Origin: an uncultured delta proteobacterium
GTDB taxonomy: Bacteria > Desulfobacterota > Binatia > Binatales > Binataceae
DNA: 64,000 bases
Assembly: GCA_963806485.1 (NCBI GenBank)
Contig: CAWDXY010000001.1
Span: 270,212 to 334,211, forward strand
Direction of reading: 5' to 3'
Within the stretch, counting starts at the first letter, position 1. Every line of letters begins with the position of its first letter. The notes under the pieces are model-generated. The model made no database searches. It was not told the DNA's origin and saw only the letters and a list, made by a program, of their open reading frames with translations. Of this stretch, positions 45,001 through 54,392 are shown piece by piece. Both the position numbers and the translations under genes were made by a program.

Positions 45001-46062
45001 CTACCGGACGGACTTCGTTATTTCAAACGCTTTGTTGCGCACTATTTCCGGTGCCGGCGCGGATGTCTTCACGCGCAGAAGCCTCGCCAGAGGATAGACC
45101 AGCTGCGCCGCATATACCGCTGCAAATTCGCCTACGGAAGCATCCTGTTCGACCGGAAACGTGGAGTCCTGAAGGCCGAGCTGCGTTTCATACCGATCGT
45201 AGGAGCGATGCTGCGTGCCGAAAATATGATCCCACACGCTGAAGAAAATTCCGAAGTTAGTATTCTGCAGGCGCGGATCGCTGGCGTGATGAATGCGATG
45301 GGACTGCGGGGTCACCAGGATGTAACGCAACGGTCCGTAGTTCGATCGGATCGGGCAATGGTAAAGCCGGAAATGGATCAGCGCCACGGCGTTGTAAACG
45401 CCGATCACGACCAGGCCCGGCGTCAGAAGCATCAGGGGCAGAGTCCTGATCGCCAGGTCGGCGAAGGTATCAAGGTCGTGAAAGCGATGCTGCGTGAATA
45501 AGTTCAGTTCCTTTTGCGAGTGATGAACGGCGTGAAAATTCCACAAAAAATCGAATCGATGCCGCGCGATGTGACTTCCATAGGCAAGAAAATCCCCGGC
45601 CAGTATGCCCACGACCAGCAGCATCGCGCGCGGCATCGCTCCCGGCGCAATCAGCTCGAAGTCACCCAGTACGTGGCGCTTTATCCAGACGAGAAAGACG
45701 AAATACAGCGGCATCCAGGTCAACTGGCGTGCCAGTTCTCCACCGTACCACAACGAGTCGAACCAGAGCCCGCGCGACACCGTGCGGTCGGACGCATCGA
45801 TTGGAAATAGTCGCTGGAGCACGAAGCTCCAGATCAGTACTGCGGCTGCCCAAGTCGTCGCGCCCAGCAGAAAACGCCACGGATCCAGGTTGATCGCCGC
45901 GGCGAGCGGTGGGGCTTCCGCAAGTGCGCCCGGATGAGCAGTGGCGACGTGGACGACGAGGATGGAGCCGATAACGAAACCGGCCGCCAAAATCAAGAGG
46001 ACTACTGCCGTCCCCGCGGTCGTGAGACGGAACGCTCGAGGCGCTAATTCCATAGTGCCCAA
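45001..46062 (-). CDS. Fatty-acid hydroxylase / sterol desaturase-family membrane protein
   Basis: Histidine boxes HIARHR, HAVHHSQ, HRIHH on a polytopic membrane protein. Overlaps the upstream exosortase-like gene by about 19 nt. Confidence 0.65.
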   Translation of the reverse strand: MGTMELAPRAFRLTTAGTAVVLLILAAGFVIGSILVVHVATAHPGALAEAPPLAAAINLDPWRFLLGATTWAAAVLIWSFVLQRLFPIDASDRTVSRGLWFDSLWYGGELARQLTWMPLYFVFLVWIKRHVLGDFELIAPGAMPRAMLLVVGILAGDFLAYGSHIARHRFDFLWNFHAVHHSQKELNLFTQHRFHDLDTFADLAIRTLPLMLLTPGLVVIGVYNAVALIHFRLYHCPIRSNYGPLRYILVTPQSHRIHHASDPRLQNTNFGIFFSVWDHIFGTQHRSYDRYETQLGLQDSTFPVEQDASVGEFAAVYAAQLVYPLARLLRVKTSAPAPEIVRNKAFEITKSVR

Positions 46063-47759
46063 CTTCCTGTCGCCATCACGTATGCCGCCAGGAGCGCGTT
46101 GCAGGCAGAATGCGCGACGATGGCGTCCGTCAACCGTCCGCGCCTGTATAGCACAATTGCGAAGGCCATCCCGGCAAGAATCCCGGCGATCCAGTTGCGA
46201 TGCAGCAGACCGAACAGGATCGACGAGAGCAGAAAAGACAGCCAGGTGAAGCGCCGAGGATCAACAGACTCGAAATCCGCCAAGACCAGCTTTCTCACCA
46301 GGTAACCGCGAAAAAAGAGCTCTTCCGCGATCGGAACGGTCACAACCGCACCCGCCACTCGGAAGACGAGCCAGCAGTATCGCTCCCATTCAGGAAGGCC
46401 TCGCAGCGAAGCCGCCATCGCCGAATCGTACAGTGGCCCGGACCATCCCGCGATCGCAATCCAGATCGCAAAAACCACGGCGCCCGCTCCAAGGGGTGTC
46501 CAGTCAGGATTCCATCCCAGGCGAGCGATCTCACGGCGATAGACGAACAACACCGCGGCCGTAGCTAATACGGTTATGGGGTAAAGAAAATTGAATGACG
46601 CCGCGAACGGCGTGGTAAGGATCCCGGCAGCGAGTGTCACCAGCATCGGCAGTAGGTACATGTCCGCGGGCGAGGTTCGTTCGCTCGCGTGCGGCGCGGC
46701 GTCGAGCGGATCGGCGCGGAAGGTGGATATAGTGCGGCTCGAGACAACTAACCCAACCCCCAGGACATTGAGGAAGAGCCACCCGGCTGTCGAATGAAAA
46801 AATCCGACCGCCATCCTCGGATTGTGTTGGCCGATCATTACCAACGCCGTTAGCCGGACATCGTTCAAAAGCCAACTCAGAATCACGCCAGCGGGGAAGA
46901 GGAGCAGAGCAAACGGGAAACGCAGACTCTTTCGACAAAACCAGAGATATGCGGCAAGGAAGAGCGTGATAAGAACGATGCCCTCGATTCCGGAGCATTC
47001 CGGTGCGACTAGAACCCTGAAACCCGGGACGGCGATGGAGTGGCGCTGCCAGTTGAGTACAGGATGCTGCCCGAGCGCGCTCAGCGTCGCGGCCGCGGCC
47101 CAAATGGAGAAGTCGTACATCGCGGCCGGCAGTGTGTGAATGAAGTTTCGCAGTACAGGCGCAGCGAGTCCGACTCCGATGCCGCCTCGGAATGCGCCTG
47201 GCCTCGCGCGGTACCACTGGCCCCAGAGTTCGACTGGGATCAGTGCGAGCGCGACGGTTGCCATCGCGCCGATGCCGAGCGCCATCCGCACGATCGCCCA
47301 GGCCGCGACGGATTGCGGCGAAGCGAAAAACCGGGGACTGAGGCCGCTCCACGCCACGAGCGCGCCAGCCAGCATCAGGTGAATCGCCAGAATTCTCTTG
47401 CGCTCGGAAACCGGAACCGGCGTGACCAATACACGCATCGCTAGCGCGGCAAATTCCGTCCGGCTCAGCAGAATCGTCGTCGTTGCGGCCACCAGAATGA
47501 AGTCTTCGAGCCGTTCCGTGAGCGTGCCCAGCAAGCGGCGCACGTCGAGTCCGCCATGCATGAGAATCGGCGTCGAATTGGAGAATCGGTAGTAGGCTGA
47601 AATTTCGGCGCAAAGAAGTACGACAAGAAACGCGCAGTATGCAGGCGAAGAGAGTTGGTAGGCGATCTCAGGCGTGCGAGTAGAGATCGCAATCGTATCC
47701 GGCGCGATCGATGGCTCCACTGTGCTGTCGTGTGCCACCACCTGCGCACCTTTCGTCAT
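46044..47759 (-). CDS. Exosortase fused to CPBP/CAAX-type intramembrane protease (XrtE-like exosortase/protease)
   Basis: Exosortase signatures: catalytic Cys in APECSGIEGIV and LLNDVRLTALV (N..R). C-terminal CPBP motifs EELFFRGYL, FGLLHRN, HSACN. Start at the Met of MTKGAQ; the 130-aa Arg-rich N-extension in the track was rejected. Confidence 0.6.
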   Translation of the reverse strand: MTKGAQVVAHDSTVEPSIAPDTIAISTRTPEIAYQLSSPAYCAFLVVLLCAEISAYYRFSNSTPILMHGGLDVRRLLGTLTERLEDFILVAATTTILLSRTEFAALAMRVLVTPVPVSERKRILAIHLMLAGALVAWSGLSPRFFASPQSVAAWAIVRMALGIGAMATVALALIPVELWGQWYRARPGAFRGGIGVGLAAPVLRNFIHTLPAAMYDFSIWAAAATLSALGQHPVLNWQRHSIAVPGFRVLVAPECSGIEGIVLITLFLAAYLWFCRKSLRFPFALLLFPAGVILSWLLNDVRLTALVMIGQHNPRMAVGFFHSTAGWLFLNVLGVGLVVSSRTISTFRADPLDAAPHASERTSPADMYLLPMLVTLAAGILTTPFAASFNFLYPITVLATAAVLFVYRREIARLGWNPDWTPLGAGAVVFAIWIAIAGWSGPLYDSAMAASLRGLPEWERYCWLVFRVAGAVVTVPIAEELFFRGYLVRKLVLADFESVDPRRFTWLSFLLSSILFGLLHRNWIAGILAGMAFAIVLYRRGRLTDAIVAHSACNALLAAYVMATGSWALWN

Positions 47760-47881
47760 TGTTGTTTCTGTTGACGCTGGTTTAGCAAACAGCCGCGTGA
47801 CTCTAGAACGGCCGATGAAAAGTGTCAACTGAAGTTGCTGAACTCCCAGGCGCAGAGCCTGATGAGCCGCTGCGCGTTCAC

Positions 47882-48199
47882 TTAGTCGTCGATCTTCAGT
47901 TGTTTTTTTGCCGCGTCGCTCATCATGTGCGGCGTCCATGGCGGATCCCAGACGATCTCGACGCATGCGTCGTCGCAGCCGGGGATGCCGAGCAGCTTGT
48001 CCTGGATGTCCTGCGTGATCGACATACCCATCTGGCAGCCGGGCGCGGTGAGCGTCATCGTGACGTTGACGACGCGGTTGTCGATGGCGACGCCGTAGAT
48101 GAGTCCGAGGTCGACCAGATTGACGGGAATCTCGGGGTCGTAGCACTCGCGCAGCACTTCGTAAACGTCGGCTTCGGTCGGTGCGGGCGAATTCTCCAT
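47882..48199 (-). CDS. DUF59/MIP18-family Fe-S cluster assembly protein (SufT-like)
   Basis: VYEVLRECYDPEIPVNLVDLGLIY and conserved Cys (TAPGCQMG), 105 aa. Confidence 0.7.
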   Translation of the reverse strand: MENSPAPTEADVYEVLRECYDPEIPVNLVDLGLIYGVAIDNRVVNVTMTLTAPGCQMGMSITQDIQDKLLGIPGCDDACVEIVWDPPWTPHMMSDAAKKQLKIDD

Positions 48200-48277
48200 A
48201 GTACAGAGTCTAGTATATAAGAAGGTGGGTGTGCGCGATATGCACGGTGCGGCGCGCGCATCCAGCGGAGGTCCGAG

Positions 48278-48616
48278 ATGCCCGACAAAGAAGAACTGTA
48301 CGACGAAGCTATCGACGCATACGCCGACGACAAGTTCGACGAAGCGATCGAGCTATACAAGAAGGCGCTCGAGATCGATCCGAAGTACGTCGATGCGATC
48401 CACGGAATGACGATGTGCTACCAGGCGAAGGGCGATCTCGACGCGGCGATCGAGTTGACGAAAAAATATATCGCGCAGGAGCCGGAAGACATCCTGGCGT
48501 ACACCAACCTCAGCATGTTCTATCAGAAGAAGGGCATGGTGCCGGAAGCGGAGGCGGCTGGCGCCGAGGCGCGGCGGCTGGACTGGAAGCGGCAACTCAA
48601 GGAAGGCAAGAAGTAG
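48278..48616 (+). CDS. Tetratricopeptide-repeat protein
   Basis: Three TPR-like units (AIELYKKALEIDPKYVDAIHGM...). Confidence 0.6.
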   Translation: MPDKEELYDEAIDAYADDKFDEAIELYKKALEIDPKYVDAIHGMTMCYQAKGDLDAAIELTKKYIAQEPEDILAYTNLSMFYQKKGMVPEAEAAGAEARRLDWKRQLKEGKK

Positions 48617-48622
48617 GGTGGG

Positions 48623-49381
48623 ATGAAGCTCAAGGATAAAGTTGTACTGATTACCGGCGGCGGCTCGGGACTCGGGCGCGAGATGGGACTGACGTTCGCG
48701 CGCGAGGGCGCGAAAATCGGCGTCAACGACATCAGGCCCGAGTCGGCGCAAAATGTCGTGACAGAAATCGAGCGCGCGGGTGGGACGGCGCGGCCGTTCG
48801 TCGCGGACGTGTCGAGCAGCGCGGCGGTCGGCAGGTTGTTCGCGGAGTTCATCAAGGCGTTCGGTACAATCGACATACTGATCAACAACGCCGGCATCGC
48901 ACGCAGCCGCGAGACGAGCGTGGCGACTCCCACTCACGAAAAGACCGACGAGGACTGGCGCAAGATGCTCGCGACGCATCTCGACTCGACGTTCTACTGC
49001 ACGCGCGAAGCGCTCAAGGTCATGGTCCTGAAGCAGTCCGGACGCATCATCAATCTTGGATCGATCGCGGGCACGACAGGACTGGCGTTCGCGTCGGATT
49101 ACTGCGCGGCGAAGGGCGGGATTATCGCGTTCACCAAGTCGGTCGCGCGCGAAGTGGTGCCGCTGGGGATCCTGGTCAACTGCATCGCGCCGGGATTCAT
49201 CGACACGCCGATGACGTCGATCATCGACGGCGAGATGCGGAAACAGATAGAAGCGATCACGCCGATTGGGCGTTTCGGCGAGCCCGGCGATATCGCGGCT
49301 GCGGCGCTTTTCCTGGCTTGCGAGGATTCGAAGTTCATGGTCGGCCAGGTGCTCAGTCCCAACGGCGGCTACGTGATTTGA
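48623..49381 (+). CDS. SDR, 3-oxoacyl-ACP reductase (FabG)-like
   Basis: TGGGSGLGRE, NNAG, YCAAKGG catalytic motif, 252 aa. Confidence 0.8.
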   Translation: MKLKDKVVLITGGGSGLGREMGLTFAREGAKIGVNDIRPESAQNVVTEIERAGGTARPFVADVSSSAAVGRLFAEFIKAFGTIDILINNAGIARSRETSVATPTHEKTDEDWRKMLATHLDSTFYCTREALKVMVLKQSGRIINLGSIAGTTGLAFASDYCAAKGGIIAFTKSVAREVVPLGILVNCIAPGFIDTPMTSIIDGEMRKQIEAITPIGRFGEPGDIAAAALFLACEDSKFMVGQVLSPNGGYVI

Positions 49382-49415
49382 ACTGCGGGCAATTCGGACC
49401 GCATAAGTTGCCACG

Positions 49416-50957
49416 ATGCTGACGCGGTCCGCCGGAATCCTGATTCCACTGTTCTCCATTCGCACGCGCGACGATCTTGGACGCGGCGAAATCCTCGGTC
49501 TCGCGCCGATGATCGACTTCGCGCTGTCGATGGGTCATCGCGTGATCCAGCTGCTGCCGTTGGATGAGACGGGGCCTGACGATCTCAGCCCCTACAGCGC
49601 AATGAGCGTGATGGCGATCGATCCGATGTACATATCGATTAGCGGGCTGCCGGGAGTCGGGCGGGTCGTGCAGGCGCGTGCGCGCCAGGCGGTCGGGAAG
49701 GCGCGCTTTGTGCCGCGCGCGATCACACGGCGGGAGAAGTTTGTGTTGCTCGAGCGCGCGTACCGGGCGACTCGCGCGCGAGGCGGACGCGACGAGGGTG
49801 CGCAGCTCGACGCCTTCATCGAGGCCAACTCGTACTGGCTTCACGACTATGCGCTGTTTCGCGCGCTCAAGGAGCGCTTCAACTGGACCAGTTGGGAAAC
49901 ATGGCCAGCCGAAATTGCAAAGCGCGATTCCGCCGCGCTCGCGCTCGCGCGCCGCGAACTGGCCGACGCGATCGAGATGTACGGCTACTGGCAGTTCATC
50001 GCGCATCGGCAGTGGTCGGAGATGCGAGTCTATGCGGCCTTGAACGGCGCGCTGATCGGCGGCGACCTCGCGTTCTCGCCGTGCCGCGACAGCGCCGAGG
50101 TGTGGGCGAACCAGGGCGAGTTCGATCTGTCGCGCACCGTGGGCGCGCCCCCCGACGGCTTCAATCCCAAGGGACAGCGATGGGGCCTGCCGCTGCCGAA
50201 CTGGACTCAGATGCGCGCGGAGGGATTCAAGGTGCTGCGCGCGCGTGCGCGTCATGCCAGCGCGCTCTACGATTTGCTTCGGATCGATCACGTCGTTGGG
50301 CTTTATCGAACTTTCAATTTCGGCTCCGACCCGGATGCGCCGGGAATTTTCACGCCGGTGGATGAAGTCGATCAACTGCGCCAGGGCGAAGAAGTGATTC
50401 GCACTATCAAGCAGGAGGTCGGCGCGATCGAGCTGATCGCGGAAGACCTGGGCACCGTGCCGCCGTGGGTGCGCCAATCGCTCACGCGCCTGGGCGTGCC
50501 GGGATACAAGGTGATGCAGTGGGAGCGCAACTGGGGCCACGGTGACGAACCGTTCCTGAATCCGTCGATCTATCCCGAACTTTCGCTCGCGACTACTGGC
50601 ACGCATGACACTGAGCCGCTGACCGTGTGGTGGCATTCGCAGCCGATCGCCGAGCGCGAGAAATTTGTGCGCGAGCTTGGGCTCGAGGGCAAAGTGAATC
50701 CGCGCCGGATGCTCGAGGAGTCGGCGCGCGATGCGATCCTGGCCCTGCTGTATGCGGCGCCGTCGCGGCTGGTGATTATTCCGATCCAGGATTTGTTTGG
50801 ATGGAGTGCGCGAATCAATCGGCCCGGCACGATCAGCGATTCCAACTGGACCTATCGAATCCCGCTGACGCTGGAGCGGATGCGCCGGAGCCGCGCGATA
50901 CAATCGCGCGTCGCGAAGCTGCGCGAAATTGGAATCAAGAGCGGACGATTCACGTAA
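49416..50957 (+). CDS. malQ: 4-alpha-glucanotransferase (amylomaltase, GH77)
   Basis: N-terminal GILIPLFSIRT...G.G and the overall GH77 pattern (DHVVGLYRTF; EDLGTVP). Confidence 0.85.
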   Translation: MLTRSAGILIPLFSIRTRDDLGRGEILGLAPMIDFALSMGHRVIQLLPLDETGPDDLSPYSAMSVMAIDPMYISISGLPGVGRVVQARARQAVGKARFVPRAITRREKFVLLERAYRATRARGGRDEGAQLDAFIEANSYWLHDYALFRALKERFNWTSWETWPAEIAKRDSAALALARRELADAIEMYGYWQFIAHRQWSEMRVYAALNGALIGGDLAFSPCRDSAEVWANQGEFDLSRTVGAPPDGFNPKGQRWGLPLPNWTQMRAEGFKVLRARARHASALYDLLRIDHVVGLYRTFNFGSDPDAPGIFTPVDEVDQLRQGEEVIRTIKQEVGAIELIAEDLGTVPPWVRQSLTRLGVPGYKVMQWERNWGHGDEPFLNPSIYPELSLATTGTHDTEPLTVWWHSQPIAEREKFVRELGLEGKVNPRRMLEESARDAILALLYAAPSRLVIIPIQDLFGWSARINRPGTISDSNWTYRIPLTLERMRRSRAIQSRVAKLREIGIKSGRFT

Positions 50958-50964
50958 TTAGATG

Positions 50965-51035
50965 TGAAACCCCTCCGTGGGTTTCACGCTTCCTTGGGCA
51001 GGGGTGACCCCTGCACCCAGTACTAAGGGGATCAG
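50965..51035. repeat. REP/MITE-like repeat, copy D (truncated: lacks third hairpin)
   Basis: GTGAAACCCCTCCGTGGGTTTCAC plus core 50997-51018. Confidence 0.8.
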
Positions 51036-51131
51036 AGCCTCAAGTTGTGGGGTGCGGGCGGCTTGAACTATAAGCAACACTGGCTGCGCCGTTTGATTGG
51101 CAGTGCTCGGGGAATTTTGTCGGAGGCATCG

Positions 51132-52289
51132 ATGGGACCGCTGGAAGGAATCCGCGTACTTGATTTGAGCATGGTGGTGTCGGGACCGTTCTGCACCATG
51201 ATGCTAGGTGACCTCGGCGCCGACGTCATAAAAATCGAGCCGCCCGATGGCGACGTGTCGCGCACCCTGACCGGCCGGGAGCGCGGCGGGGTGACGGTGA
51301 GCATCCTCAACTGGAATCGCAACAAGCGCGCGATGATGCTCGACCTCAAGCAGCCGGGCGCCGCCGAGGTCTTTCTCAAGATGGCTGAGCGGGCCGACGT
51401 CGTCGTGCAGAACGTACGGCCCGGCGTCGTGGACAGGCTGGGTGTCGGCTACGAGGCGGTCGCGGCGCGAAATCCGAAAATCGTTTACTGCTCGATCGCC
51501 GGTTATGGTTTCTCGGGGCCGTCGGTCAACAAGCCCGCTTACGATCCGATTATCCAGGGGATGGCGGGAGTGATGACTTCGCAGCGCACGCAGGGCCGGC
51601 CGCGCGCCGTCAAGAACATTCTCGGCGACAAGGTCACGGCGATGACGGCGGCCATTTCGATACTTGCGGCGCTGTCCGAGTCGCAGCGGAGCGGGAAGGG
51701 ACAGCATCTCAAGATCGCGATGATCGATGCCGTCGCCTACTACCTGATGCCCGACACGGCGTCGCGCCACACTTATCTTCCGCACGACGCCGGCGTGCCA
51801 CCCTCGATGAACACGCTCGAGCCGTTTCTGACCGCCGACGGCTACATTACGATTGCGCCGCTGACCGACAAGCATTGGACGGCGATTCTCAAGGCGGTTG
51901 GGCATCCGGAATGGTTCGAAGGCGACGAGCCGCGGCCGGACCGAGTGAGGCGATCGATCAAGAGCCTGATTACGTTGTTCCCGACTCAGCCGTCCGCGTA
52001 TTGGCTCGAGCGGATCGAGGCCGCCGACGTTCCATGCGGGCCGGTCAACGACTACGACTCGATCTGGAACGATCCGCAGTTCATCGCGAATGAAACATTT
52101 TTCGAATACGAGCATCCACGGGCGGGACGCGTTCGCGCCGTGCGATCGCCCGCGCGATTTTCGCGCACCGAGCCCGAGCTATGGCGTCACGCGCCCGACC
52201 TGGGACAGCATACCGACGAAATTCTCGGCGAGTTCGGCTTTGGCGCGGGCGAGATTTCAGAGTTGAGAGCCAATCGGATCGTCAATTGA
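51132..52289 (+). CDS. CoA-transferase family III (CaiB/BaiF)
   Basis: GPLEGIRVLDLSMVVSGPFCTMMLGDLGADVIKIEPP signature. Start at 51132 with GGAGG RBS. Confidence 0.8.
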   Translation: MGPLEGIRVLDLSMVVSGPFCTMMLGDLGADVIKIEPPDGDVSRTLTGRERGGVTVSILNWNRNKRAMMLDLKQPGAAEVFLKMAERADVVVQNVRPGVVDRLGVGYEAVAARNPKIVYCSIAGYGFSGPSVNKPAYDPIIQGMAGVMTSQRTQGRPRAVKNILGDKVTAMTAAISILAALSESQRSGKGQHLKIAMIDAVAYYLMPDTASRHTYLPHDAGVPPSMNTLEPFLTADGYITIAPLTDKHWTAILKAVGHPEWFEGDEPRPDRVRRSIKSLITLFPTQPSAYWLERIEAADVPCGPVNDYDSIWNDPQFIANETFFEYEHPRAGRVRAVRSPARFSRTEPELWRHAPDLGQHTDEILGEFGFGAGEISELRANRIVN

Positions 52290-53338
52290 GCAATCCCTCG
52301 ATCAGCCGCGCACTGGCGGTCGCGATTTTTGCCGCCGCGCTCGCGATCGTAGCGGGATGCGCCGCGAAGCGACCGTTGCCCTCGGGGAACGTCACCGCCG
52401 CGGCCGTTCCGAGCGCGCAGCCGACGCCTACCGGAGCGCCCGTCGGTACGCATGCGCCGTATGCAATCACCACCGGCCTTGACGGCAACCTGTGGTTCAC
52501 CGAGTACCAGGGCGACGCGATAGGACAGATGACCCCGTACGGCGCCACCAAACGTTTTCGGATCGATCCCGACGGATTCGCCGAACGGATCACCGCCGGC
52601 CCCGACGGCGCAGTGTGGTTCACCGATACGCTCGGCAATCGCATCGGCCGCGTCGCGCCCGACGGGAAAATCGCGTACGTCAAATTGCCTCATTCGGACA
52701 GCGGACCGGCGGGAATCACTTCGGGTCGCGACGGCAATTTGTGGTTCACCGAGCATTCTGGCAATCGCATCGGACGCCTCAGCACCACCGGCACTCTGAC
52801 CGAGATCGAGCTGCTCAAGGGGACGGGTCCCGCCGAAATCGTCGGCGGCAGCGACGGCAATCTGTGGTTCGCCGAGGACAAAGTGAATCGCATCGCGCGC
52901 GTCACCATCTCGGGGAACGTCAAGGAATTCGCAATCCTGCTGCCCGACAGCCGCCCCGCGATGATGGCGCTCGGTGCCGACGGTAACGTGTGGTTCACCC
53001 AGCCGCAGGCCAGCAAAATTGGCAGGATCACGCCCGATGGTTTCATCACGGAGTTCGCGCTGCCCACGACAGGCGTGCCTCTCGGAATCGCGGCGGGCGC
53101 CGACAAAAATCTCTGGATCACTGTGATTCGCGCGCAGCTGATCTATCGCCTGACTCCCGGCGGCGACTTTACGGCGTTCCCGATGCCCGCAAAGTCGATG
53201 GCAACTTTCATCACGGCCGGCCCCGACGGCAGGCTGTGGTTTACCGAGCCCAACGGCAAGGTGGGGCGAATCACGACTGCGGGCGACGTCACTGAATTCG
53301 TCTTTTCCAGTCCTTACATGGAGCACGTGGACAGGTGA
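52286..53338 (+). CDS. Vgb (virginiamycin B lyase)-family seven-bladed beta-propeller protein, predicted lipoprotein
   Basis: Seven repeats of ITxGPDGNLWFTE...NRIGRITxDG...TEF. N-terminal signal with lipobox LAIVAG-C. Start uncertain (TTG 52286 proposed, overlapping the CaiB stop). Confidence 0.6.
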   Translation: MSNPSISRALAVAIFAAALAIVAGCAAKRPLPSGNVTAAAVPSAQPTPTGAPVGTHAPYAITTGLDGNLWFTEYQGDAIGQMTPYGATKRFRIDPDGFAERITAGPDGAVWFTDTLGNRIGRVAPDGKIAYVKLPHSDSGPAGITSGRDGNLWFTEHSGNRIGRLSTTGTLTEIELLKGTGPAEIVGGSDGNLWFAEDKVNRIARVTISGNVKEFAILLPDSRPAMMALGADGNVWFTQPQASKIGRITPDGFITEFALPTTGVPLGIAAGADKNLWITVIRAQLIYRLTPGGDFTAFPMPAKSMATFITAGPDGRLWFTEPNGKVGRITTAGDVTEFVFSSPYMEHVDR

Positions 53339-53479
53339 GCGCGCCGGGAAGCGGCGTCACAGGAATGGTGGCGCGTCTGTTCCGTTCGCCAAGTTTTGCG
53401 GTATAAGCGCTTTAACACACGAACCAAAACGCTGTGCGCGTTTGGATTCCGGCATTATGCCGCAAGGGAGAATTGACCG

Positions 53480-54373
53480 ATGGGCAAGCTCGACGGAAAA
53501 GTAGCCGCTATCACCGGCGGCGGTCGCGGCATCGGCCGCGGCATCGCGAGGGCATTCGCCGCGCAGGGATGCGCCGTGGTCGTCAACGATCTTGGCGTCA
53601 CGGTCGCGGGCCAGAAGGAAACTCAATCGCCCGCCGACGAGGTCGTCAAAGAAATAAAGGCCGCGCGCGGCAACGCCGTCTCCAATCACATGGATATCGC
53701 CACCGTCGAAGGTGGCGAGGGTCTCGTCAACCAGGCGATCAAGGAATTCGGCAAGCTCGATATCCTGGTTAACGTCGCCGGCATCCTGCGCGACCGCATG
53801 ATCTTCAACATGTCCGAACAGGAATGGGACGACGTGATCCGCGTGCACCTGAAGGGGCACTACTGCACGATCAAACCCGCGTCGGCGCACATGCGCGAGC
53901 GCAAGTACGGCAGGATTATCAACTTCTCGTCGAACTCGGCGCTGGGCAGTCCCGGCCAACCCAACTACGCCGCGGCCAAGGCGGGAATCCTGGGACTGAC
54001 GTACTCGAGCGCGAACTCGCTGCACAAATACGGAATAACGGTCAACGCGATCATGCCGGGCGCGTCGACGCGCATGACCGACACGATTCCCGCGGGCAGG
54101 ATGCCGGGCGCAACTGGAATCCCGCAGTCGGACAAGGTCGAGGGCACGCCGCGCGATCCGGCCAACGTCGCGCCGATCGTGGTTTTCCTCGCCAGCGACG
54201 ACGCCGCGAACGTCACCGGCCAATGTTTCGGTGCGTCGGGCTTTCGCATCATGCGCTATCGGCACATCGCGCCCGACAAGGTGCTCTACAACAACGGCCC
54301 CTGGAACGTCGACGAACTGTTCGATCGGCTCAAGAACACGCTGCTGGTAGATCTAAGCCAGCCTCGCATGTAG
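53480..54373 (+). CDS. SDR-family oxidoreductase (extended, 297 aa)
   Basis: TGGGRGIGRG, NVAG, YAAAKAG. Confidence 0.8.
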   Translation: MGKLDGKVAAITGGGRGIGRGIARAFAAQGCAVVVNDLGVTVAGQKETQSPADEVVKEIKAARGNAVSNHMDIATVEGGEGLVNQAIKEFGKLDILVNVAGILRDRMIFNMSEQEWDDVIRVHLKGHYCTIKPASAHMRERKYGRIINFSSNSALGSPGQPNYAAAKAGILGLTYSSANSLHKYGITVNAIMPGASTRMTDTIPAGRMPGATGIPQSDKVEGTPRDPANVAPIVVFLASDDAANVTGQCFGASGFRIMRYRHIAPDKVLYNNGPWNVDELFDRLKNTLLVDLSQPRM

Positions 54374-54392
54374 CCGCTTTTTGAGCCCGCCG

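Noticed and set aside
46044-48146. 700-aa version of the exosortase/protease ORF
   Set aside because: First about 130 residues are Arg/His-rich low-complexity sequence with no membrane-protein character. Start moved to the Met of MTKGAQ (47759).
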